Source of the DNA: Christensenellales bacterium
GTDB taxonomy: Bacteria > Bacillota > Clostridia > Christensenellales > UBA1242
Direction of reading: 5' to 3'
Assembly (NCBI GenBank): GCA_051883495.1
Contig: JBJETV010000023.1
Location: 30,285-94,284 of the forward strand
Length of the DNA: 64,000 nt
Below the pieces are notes generated by a model. It was not told the DNA's origin. It saw nothing but the letters and a program-made list of their open reading frames with translations, and did no database searches. This document shows, one piece after another, positions 57,495 to 64,000 of the stretch; within the stretch, counting starts at the first letter, position 1; every line of letters begins with the position of its first letter. A program made the translations under genes and the position numbers.

Positions 57495-57568
57495 AGGGGA
57501 ATAGTTCAATGGTAGAGTAGCGGTCTCCAAAACCGTCGATGGGGGTTCGAATCCCTCTTCCCCTGCCA
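57495..57568 (+). tRNA. tRNA-Trp (anticodon CCA), CCA end encoded
   Basis: AGGGGAA-TA-GTTC-AATGGTA-GAGT-A-GCGGT-CTCCAAA-ACCGT-CGATG-GGGGG-TTCGAAT-CCCTC-TTCCCCT-G-CCA. Confidence 0.9.
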
Positions 57569-57584
57569 ATTATTATATCTAAGG

Positions 57585-57611
57585 GCAATATCAATTTGAT
57601 ATTGTTTTTTT
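57585..57611 (+). terminator. intrinsic terminator after tRNA-Trp
   Basis: Stem GCAATATC / GATATTG followed by T7. Confidence 0.75.
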
Positions 57612-57679
57612 ATGAAAAAAAATACCCCCAATGAAAATTGGAGGATTCTTTTATTTTAGTAGGTTGGTGGATAGATAGG

Positions 57680-58333
57680 TTAGTAGTTTCGAATAAGACC
57701 AACCACTTTGCCCAAAATAACTGCATCTTTGCAAATAATTGGTTTCATAAAATCATTTTCTGGTTGAAGGCGGATTTGACCGTCTTCCTTGAAAAATCTT
57801 TTGACTGTGGCACAACCATTGAGCATTGCAACCACAATTTCGGAATTTTCTGCGGTGTTTTGTTGTTTGACTACTATTTTATCCTTGTTATATATGCCTG
57901 CATTTATCATACTGTCGCCTTTTACTGTAAGCATAAACACCTGCCCATTTGTATTGAATAAATTTTGGGGAAGTTCATACACTTCATCATAATTTTCATA
58001 TGCCAAAATTGGTTGTCCTGCGGCAACATCTCCTAATAATGGAATAAGGCAGATTGGCTGTTTTGGTCTTTCATCTTCTTTTAGTAGTTGAATTGCTCTG
58101 TTCCTACTGTCGCATCTTTTGATATAACCACGTTCTTCTAGTTTATCCAAATAATACTTCATAGTGGCAGTGGACAAAACGCCCAACTCTTTCATCATTT
58201 CTCTCAAAGAGGGTTGATATCCTCGGACAGCAATCCAGTGCTTTATCATGTTGTAAGATTGTTCAAGTTTTTGGTCTAGGGCTTCTGCACGATTTTTTGT
58301 ATTTTCTGTTTTAACTTTTTTTTCACTATCCAT
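57680..58333 (-). CDS. lexA: LexA repressor
   Basis: 217 aa. Winged HTH (GYQPSLREMMKELGVLSTATMKYYLDKLEERGYI), cleavage site region (VAAGQPI) and S24 catalytic GDSM...K. RBS GGAGG. Confidence 0.93.
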   Translation of the reverse strand: MDSEKKVKTENTKNRAEALDQKLEQSYNMIKHWIAVRGYQPSLREMMKELGVLSTATMKYYLDKLEERGYIKRCDSRNRAIQLLKEDERPKQPICLIPLLGDVAAGQPILAYENYDEVYELPQNLFNTNGQVFMLTVKGDSMINAGIYNKDKIVVKQQNTAENSEIVVAMLNGCATVKRFFKEDGQIRLQPENDFMKPIICKDAVILGKVVGLIRNY

Positions 58334-58369
58334 AATAACCTCCAGAACATAGTAATTCTTTTTTAGAAG

Positions 58370-58408
58370 ATTTTATCATAAAAAAAACAACATGTCAAAC
58401 ATATGTTT
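58370..58408 (-). promoter_or_regulatory. lexA promoter with candidate LexA operator
   Basis: Minus strand reads TTGACA (58398-58393), 17-nt spacer, TAAAAT (58375-58370). The palindrome AAACATATGTTT at 58397-58408 overlaps the -35 and resembles the Firmicute GAAC-N4-GTTC SOS box. Confidence 0.55.
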
Positions 58409-58482
58409 AATTTTTTAATAAAATTTTTTGACTTGTTGTATTTTTATTCATAAATATTTTTACAGTGGGGAAGTGAGGAAGG

Positions 58483-59541
58483 TCAGTTTTCATCGTTTTC
58501 ACGAAGCTTAACAACATTTGCAACTTTTCTTCTGGAATCTTCAGAAATGGCAGCATAATGTTTTTTGGTGGTATTGACATCTCTATGTCCAAGGACATCT
58601 GCCACAATGTATATATCGCCAGTTTCACGATAGAGGTTTGTTCCGTAGGTGCTACGGAGTTTGTGTGGAGTGATATGTTTTAGTGGTATGCAACCTTGGC
58701 TATATTTTTTGACCAGCTGCTCCACAGCACGCACACCTATTCTTTTGTTTTGAATGGAAAGAAAAAGGGCATGTTCATCTGGATTGACATACTCGTTGGA
58801 AAGTCTTTCTTCAAGGTAGTTTTGTAGGGAAGATGCTACTTCTTCTGAAAAATATAACACAGTTTGTGCACCACCTTTTCGAGTAATTTTGAAGCCATTT
58901 GTGTCAAAATCTAAATCTTCAATGTTCAGCCCCACACATTCGCTAACACGAATTCCTGTGCCTAGTAGCAGTGTTAAAATTGCTATATCCCTTGTTCTTG
59001 TAAGCCTGTTGTATGATTGTTGCCTTTTGGAAAAGTCTTTTGGGTTTTCGGCAGTGTTTAACAGTTTTACAACTTCATCAACTTCCAGCCTAACAATTTC
59101 TTTATCCCTTATTTTTGGGGTGTCTATTTTGCTGGCTACATTTTCACTCAGTCTGCCTTTTTTATAAAAATATCTAAAAAGACTCCTAACAGCAGACAGT
59201 TTGCGAGCCTTTGCCCTTGAATTATTTGAAAAAATTTCGCCAGATTTTTCATAATTTGAAAGATAGTTGAGGTATATTTCAAGATGCGTTTGATTTATTT
59301 TACCCAAATCTTCAAGTATTATATCCTTAATTTTTTTGCCAACAAACTCCAAAATTTCTTTTGTCAGAAATTCAAAAAAGGTCTTTAGGTCCTGTGCATA
59401 GGCTAATCGAGTGAGAGGTGTTGTGGTGTTTTCTATCCCTCTAAAATATTCATCACAAAAGGAAGGAAGTTCAAATAGCAACAACTTCAGTTGATTGGAG
59501 TTTTTTAGATTTCTCTCCACAAAATAATCTGCATTTTTCAT
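58483..59541 (-). CDS. tyrosine recombinase (XerC/XerD-like integrase family)
   Basis: 352 aa. N-terminal SAM-like domain. Catalytic R (GTGIRVSE), HKLRST, LGHRDVNTTKKHY. Confidence 0.85.
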   Translation of the reverse strand: MKNADYFVERNLKNSNQLKLLLFELPSFCDEYFRGIENTTTPLTRLAYAQDLKTFFEFLTKEILEFVGKKIKDIILEDLGKINQTHLEIYLNYLSNYEKSGEIFSNNSRAKARKLSAVRSLFRYFYKKGRLSENVASKIDTPKIRDKEIVRLEVDEVVKLLNTAENPKDFSKRQQSYNRLTRTRDIAILTLLLGTGIRVSECVGLNIEDLDFDTNGFKITRKGGAQTVLYFSEEVASSLQNYLEERLSNEYVNPDEHALFLSIQNKRIGVRAVEQLVKKYSQGCIPLKHITPHKLRSTYGTNLYRETGDIYIVADVLGHRDVNTTKKHYAAISEDSRRKVANVVKLRENDEN

Positions 59542-59773
59542 ATCAACAAAATTTTAACAACAATTTCTGATTTTGTCCAATAATTTAACTCCCTTAAACT
59601 AAAAAATCTACTATGTGTATTAGTGATTTTTAATCTTTTTGCAAGACAATGCAATATATACCTTTATTAGAATATTTTTTTAATATAGCCTGAAAATTGC
59701 TTGATTGAAGTTGACTTTTTTAGGCGAGTTATCTATACTATACACAGTTTTAAATATATAAGAGGATAAAAAA

Positions 59774-61051
59774 ATGATTTCACTAGAACTTATAAAAAAC
59801 AACAAAAAGAAAATAGAAGAATTGCTTGCAATGAAAGGTTGTGAAGTGAATTTTGACCCAGTGATAGAATGGGACAAACAACGTAGAGAGATTATACAAG
59901 AAGTAGAATCCTTAAAATCTCAAAAAAACAAAGTTAGCGCACAAATTCCTGTTCTTAAAAAGGAAGGGAAGGATACATCATCTATTTTTGAAGAAATGAA
60001 ATTGCTTGGCCACAAAATAGAAGAATTGGACAGAAATCTTGCCGCTGTAGAGCAACAAATTTTTGATTTTATATCTGTTTTGCCAAATCCACCAGACGAA
60101 GACCTTTTGCCAGGCGGAAAGGAAAATAATAAGGTCTTAAGGCAAGGGAACAAAAAGCCAGAGTTCAATTTTAAGCCAAAGAATCATGTTGAACTTTGCA
60201 CCAATCTTGGGCTTATTGACTACGAACGCGGGGTAAAACTTGCTGGCAATGGGGCATGGATATACAGGGGTATTGGTGCTAGGCTGGAATGGGCTTTGCT
60301 CAATTATTTTGTTGACGAACACACTAAAGATGGATACGAGTTTATTTTGCCACCTCATATGCTAAACTATGATTGTGGGTTTGGGGCAGGGCAGTTCCCA
60401 AAATTTAGTGATGAAGTGTATTGGATAGACAATAAAGATGAAAAATCCAAATTCCTTCTCCCAACGGCAGAAACAGCATTGGTAAATTTGTATAAAGGCG
60501 AAATTATTCCAGAAGATGAATTGCCAAAGAAATTCTTTGCCTACACCCCATGCTATAGGCGTGAAGCGGGCAGTTATAGACAAGAAGAACGTGGAATGAT
60601 AAGGGGTCATCAATTTAACAAGGTTGAGATGGTTCAATATACCACCCCAGCACAGGGAGATAAGGCATTTGAAGAACTTGTAACAAAGGCGGAAAATCTT
60701 GTTAAAAATCTTGGACTTCATTATCAAGTTTCAAAACTTGCAGCAGGAGATTGTTCTGCATCTATGCGTAGGACATATGATATCGAAGTATGGATTCCTA
60801 GTATGGGAATATATAAGGAAGTTTCTTCCGCTTCCAATGCTGGAGATTATCAAGCAAGAAGAAACAACACTCGCTATAGAGATTCTAAGACCAAAAAGAC
60901 AGAGTTTGTCTATACCCTTAACGCAAGTGGGCTGGCGACATCGAGGTTGATTCCTGCTATTGTCGAGCAATATCAAAATGCTGATGGCAGTGTAACAGTG
61001 CCTGAAGTGTTAAGAAAATATCTTGGTGGCTTGGAAGTTATAAAAAAATAA
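59774..61051 (+). CDS. serS: seryl-tRNA synthetase
   Basis: 425 aa. N-terminal coiled-coil arm and class II motifs (YRREAGS, RGHQFNKVE, NASGLATSR). Promoter TTGACT, 17-nt spacer, TATACT upstream. No T-box sequence found. Confidence 0.95.
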   Translation: MISLELIKNNKKKIEELLAMKGCEVNFDPVIEWDKQRREIIQEVESLKSQKNKVSAQIPVLKKEGKDTSSIFEEMKLLGHKIEELDRNLAAVEQQIFDFISVLPNPPDEDLLPGGKENNKVLRQGNKKPEFNFKPKNHVELCTNLGLIDYERGVKLAGNGAWIYRGIGARLEWALLNYFVDEHTKDGYEFILPPHMLNYDCGFGAGQFPKFSDEVYWIDNKDEKSKFLLPTAETALVNLYKGEIIPEDELPKKFFAYTPCYRREAGSYRQEERGMIRGHQFNKVEMVQYTTPAQGDKAFEELVTKAENLVKNLGLHYQVSKLAAGDCSASMRRTYDIEVWIPSMGIYKEVSSASNAGDYQARRNNTRYRDSKTKKTEFVYTLNASGLATSRLIPAIVEQYQNADGSVTVPEVLRKYLGGLEVIKK

Positions 61052-61081
61052 GTTTTAATAGCATGTTTTGAAGGGAAGTTT

Positions 61082-61963
61082 ATGGACGGAGAAACAATAG
61101 TTCAATTATCTCAACTAAAAAATAAAGAAAAAGTGCAGGACTTTTATACAAAAGCCCTGTCATTTTTAACTGCGTCATTAGGTGAACTGGTGGATAGCCG
61201 GCTAGTTCAAAACTTTGATGAAACTACGACAAAAATATTTCCAATGGGGGAATATACCAACAATACTTTTATAGACGAGCTTGGAGAATTGGAAATTGTA
61301 GTCGCATCATCCAATCCACAACTTGTGCTGTCCAATTCTATACTTGTCAAGCATAACAACAAAAAACAAGAGCAAAAACTCTTGATGACTGGGACTTATG
61401 CAGATATAATTCCAAAACTTGCTCAGATTATGTCACAATATTTTGCAGAAAAAACAACCTTTCTGCTGGTGGATGATGGGCTAAAAATTTTTTGTGCCAA
61501 CGAATTTGGATTTAAGATTTTAATTAGATTTGCCACCTACTCGGAAGGGGATACAAATGCTATTTTGTCATTTTGGAACCCATTGAAGAATTGCAGTGAG
61601 CAAGTCAATTTGTTTGCATACAACGAGCAAATGGATTTGAAAGATAGTCTTACCAAAGGTAACTACAAAAAGATTGTTAGGATATTCAAAAATATACGCA
61701 AAACAATCCTTATAAACAAATGGATGACTGCAAGCCAAATGAACAAATATTTTGTAGAGTTGATTGTTTTTAATGTTCCAAACACATTGCTGGCAGGCGA
61801 GGATATAAAAAAAGTATTCTATAAAACTCTCAATTTTCTTCAAAATTGCAATATTTCAAAATTCAATTCCTTTGACGGAAATCCTCTTGATACATTTGCT
61901 CTTGCAGAAATAAACTATTCAAATATAAAAACTTTTCTGCATTACATTTCAAAACTTATCTAA
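61082..61963 (+). CDS. nucleotidyltransferase-fold protein (SMODS/CD-NTase-like) with divergent catalytic residues
   Basis: GEYTNNTFIDELGELEIVV parallels the G[SG]Y...T.I....D.D..V NTase motif but carries E-L-E. The later YFVELIVFNVPNTLL resembles the conserved helix of this fold. Starts 30 nt after serS with RBS GAAGGGA. Confidence 0.45.
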   Translation: MDGETIVQLSQLKNKEKVQDFYTKALSFLTASLGELVDSRLVQNFDETTTKIFPMGEYTNNTFIDELGELEIVVASSNPQLVLSNSILVKHNNKKQEQKLLMTGTYADIIPKLAQIMSQYFAEKTTFLLVDDGLKIFCANEFGFKILIRFATYSEGDTNAILSFWNPLKNCSEQVNLFAYNEQMDLKDSLTKGNYKKIVRIFKNIRKTILINKWMTASQMNKYFVELIVFNVPNTLLAGEDIKKVFYKTLNFLQNCNISKFNSFDGNPLDTFALAEINYSNIKTFLHYISKLI

Positions 61964-62039
61964 AAACATAAAATTTAAGCAATTTTTGGTCTTGAAAGGG
62001 AATATATACTGACATATATAATTTTTTTATACTATTTCC

Positions 62040-62190
62040 TAAACATTTCCAAGTACTGTGCAAACTCTATATAAAATATGCAAAATATAAGATATGCAAA
62101 ATTAAACAAATTCAAATGCTATGTAAAATTACGCAAATTAGGTACTATGCAAAATAAGTGCTATGCAAACTTATAAAACAACGCACACCA
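62040..62190. repeat. degenerate 16-20-bp repeats of (C)TATGCAAA(A/C)
   Basis: TGCAAA/CGCAAA cores at 62059, 62079, 62095, 62132, 62148 and 62164, plus variants at 62117 and 62181. Confidence 0.75.
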
Positions 62191-62769
62191 AATGAAATAA
62201 TAAAAAAACTTACAATTTTATGCGATAATTTACATTGATTTTATCAATAAATATAAGAAAATCCTTGATAACAAATAAAAACATATGTTTAATTTTAATA
62301 GGCATTATCAATTATAAATATATGGTTATGTGAGATAGAATAATATGGGAGTTTTGTAAAATTAGATAATCTCTTATTAAAAATTTTACAGGAAAAAAAT
62401 TTGTATAATTAGCAAATTTTTAGAAATTTTTAATGAACAATCCTTCACATAAAAGTAAAAATGCTGTCTCAGACAACTTTTATAATGTGTTTTTTTATAA
62501 AAAAATAGAAAAAATCTCATACAGAATATGGGATTTTTTTTAGTATAAAATATGAGATTTTTATATAATTTTTCGATTTTTCTAATATAGATTTTGGCTG
62601 AATTTATAGAAATTATTAAATACATTTACAGATTACATAAAACTAATCAAATATAAAATAAAATATTTTTGAAAAAGTTTAGATAAATTATTTAATATGG
62701 TCAGCAAATTAAATTTAATAAAATCAACCAAAAAATCTTATATTTGTAAAATATTTGGAATTTTAGCCC

Positions 62770-62803
62770 AACTATTCGCAAAACCTGTGTTTTGCGAATA
62801 GTT
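62770..62803. other. perfect 15-bp inverted repeat with 4-nt loop
   Basis: AACTATTCGCAAAAC 62770-62784, loop CTGT, GTTTTGCGAATAGTT 62789-62803. No U-tract on either strand. Confidence 0.85.
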
Positions 62804-62829
62804 TATACGGATTGAACTATTAAATTTTT

Positions 62830-62960
62830 TATAAAAAAGTGTTGGAAATATTATATTTCTTTATTAAAAGAGTGACACTCATTACTTTTTTTTAATAAAA
62901 AGTGATGTGTTATTAGTTTTTTAATAAAAATGTGAACTATCAATTTTTAATATAATGAGT
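62830..62960. repeat. five degenerate 25-33-bp repeats (TTTTTTAATAAAAAGTGA-N6-ATTA)
   Basis: GTG/TGA cores at 62839, 62872, 62902, 62931 and 62956. Confidence 0.7.
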
Positions 62961-63126
62961 TGCCCTATTTATTTGTATATTTTCAATGTTTTTGTATTTT
63001 GTAACCTTATATATTATATTTTGTAATCTTAGTTTTTCTTATTTTATAATTTATTTTCCAAATTTGATTTTGCTGTTTATCTATCTTTTTTTATTTCACA
63101 TTCATTCCCTATTAAAGATTTTTATG

Positions 63127-63810
63127 TTAATACATTGTCAAAAGAAAATTGTAATTTTTTAGCAATTCCCTACTATTTTTCCAATTTGGGCAAATTTTTT
63201 CCAACTCAAAATAAAATCTTTTTGAGTGATTCATTTCTTTTAGATGTGTAATTTCGTGATAAATAACAAAGTCTATTATTGATTGGCTAAGCATGGCAAG
63301 TCTCCAATTAAATTTTATCAAACAATTTGAGTCACAACTTCCCCATTTTGCGTGAAAGTCGCCTATAGAAACTTTTGAAACATAGGCATTGTTTGCCTGT
63401 GCAATTTCTTTCAATCTTGCTGGGATAACTCTACTTGCAATTTCTTTTACCGCTTTTTTTATACATAGGTCGATTTTGTCTGCTGTAAGATACTTTTCTG
63501 GCACAAAAAAATATTCATCAGAAAACGAAGGTTTTTTTATTTTTTGAGAAAATGCAAGTTTATATTCCTTTCCAAAGAGCAAAATAGATTTTTTTTTCAT
63601 AACATCAGCATAGTTTTTGCTTAACATTTTTGCATTGGCAATTTTGCTAGAAATGGTGCGTTCCTTGCTTTTTAGGACTTCGTCCACTTTATTTAGCGAT
63701 AGCCCGTAGGGGCAATAAACAGTGAGGTCCCCTGCCCTATTGACTACAATTTTTATTGTTTTTCGTTTTTCCCTAACAATACTTGCTTGTTCAATCATTT
63801 TTATCCTCAA
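63127..63810 (-). CDS. DUF45/YgjP-like (M48-related, SprT-like) metal-dependent hydrolase
   Basis: 227 aa. HEITHLKEMNHSKRF is the HExxH...H motif characteristic of the DUF45 family. Confidence 0.75.
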   Translation of the reverse strand: MRIKMIEQASIVREKRKTIKIVVNRAGDLTVYCPYGLSLNKVDEVLKSKERTISSKIANAKMLSKNYADVMKKKSILLFGKEYKLAFSQKIKKPSFSDEYFFVPEKYLTADKIDLCIKKAVKEIASRVIPARLKEIAQANNAYVSKVSIGDFHAKWGSCDSNCLIKFNWRLAMLSQSIIDFVIYHEITHLKEMNHSKRFYFELEKICPNWKNSRELLKNYNFLLTMY

Positions 63811-63865
63811 AATAATTTTATCATATTATTCCCTTCTTTGAAAGAGTTTAGACCCCTTTTTTGTT

Positions 63866-64000
63866 GACTAAAAAGAAAGTTTTTTGTAATATATAACTGT
63901 ATTATTTATATTATCGGAAGTTGTCGGCAAACAGCCCAAAGGGATACTTGCCAGCAACTGATGATAATTCAAACTGTGATGAAAGAAAAATCTTAGTTTT
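63866..64000 (+). promoter_or_regulatory. promoter plus structured 5' leader of a gene beyond the window edge (class unknown)
   Basis: TTGACT 63866-63871, 17-nt spacer, TAATAT. Nested helices follow: AGTTG...CAACT enclosing GGCAA...TTGCC enclosing CCC-AAA-GGG, then CTGATGA / GTGATGA motifs. Truncated by the window. Confidence 0.3.

Noticed and set aside
58334-58369. AGAATTACTATGTTCT between the lexA -10 and RBS considered as a second LexA box
   Set aside because: The half-sites would be GAAT and GTTC with a 6-nt spacing, which does not fit the GAAC-N4-GTTC geometry.
59542-59773. Expected T-box upstream of serS, and likewise upstream of proS and glnS
   Set aside because: No GGTGGTACCGCG-like T-box sequence or specifier or terminator architecture is present. 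serS has a simple TTGACT, 17-nt spacer, TATACT promoter. The proS and glnS upstream regions are too short (26 and about 120 nt).
62386-62625. 79-aa minus-strand ORF in the long non-coding region
   Set aside because: It is a Lys/Ile/Phe/Tyr low-complexity translation of AT-rich DNA, has no RBS, and spans a terminator-like hairpin.
63915-63985. Right-edge leader considered as a fluoride (crcB) or c-di-GMP-I riboswitch because of GGCAAAC, CCC-AAA-GGG and CTGATGA
   Set aside because: The first-helix pattern GGnGA...UCnCC of crcB is missing, and the GACGCAAAGC core of GEMM-I is absent. The resemblance is limited to short words.

Overview
This is a 64-kb chromosomal segment from a low-GC, endospore-forming Firmicute with Clostridia/Bacilli-like gene order; the taxon cannot be determined from the sequence alone. 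Most long ORFs are + strand housekeeping genes. They include five aminoacyl-tRNA synthetase loci (thrS, proS, glnS, pheST, serS), with T-box leaders before thrS and pheS, and infC-rpmI-rplT behind an L20 leader, with infC apparently starting at ATT. Also present are efp, the complete spoIIIAA-AH operon, asp23-nusB-xseAB, argR-recN, polA, ytfI-ytfJ-dac-rluB, plsC-rpsA, rpmB, rnhA, murI, spoVAC-AD-AEb-yunB, a cysteine desulfurase with thiI, rny, lexA next to a tyrosine recombinase, and four singleton tRNAs (Thr-CGT, Leu-CAA, Val-CAC, Trp-CCA). No rRNA genes, CRISPR arrays, IS elements or prophage were seen. Six things deserve a second look. (1) An AT-rich two-gene ORFan island (34113-37655) abuts the 3' end of tRNA-Leu; its second protein is very acidic and has an HExxH motif. 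(2) A surface-protein gene with Listeria-Bacteroides repeats is split by a G12 homopolymer, a likely phase-variation switch, and has a second frame break before a duplicated C-terminal module. (3) A 723-aa Cys-rich lipoprotein with a roughly 400-aa Asn/Gln-rich low-complexity tail lies divergent from spoVA. (4) Degenerate tandem repeats with a roughly 22-23 bp unit (46-bp super-period in places) recur in intergenic spacers and across gene 3' ends; the largest array has about 15 units upstream of tRNA-Val. (5) An SOS set comprises lexA, a Y-family polymerase, an untracked YolD-like small ORF, and an AAACATATGTTT operator candidate with an orphan copy in a 1.1-kb non-coding stretch. (6) A nucleotidyltransferase-fold protein with ExE in place of DxD is apparently co-transcribed with serS. 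All functional calls rest on reading the translations and on remembered family motifs. No database search was run.
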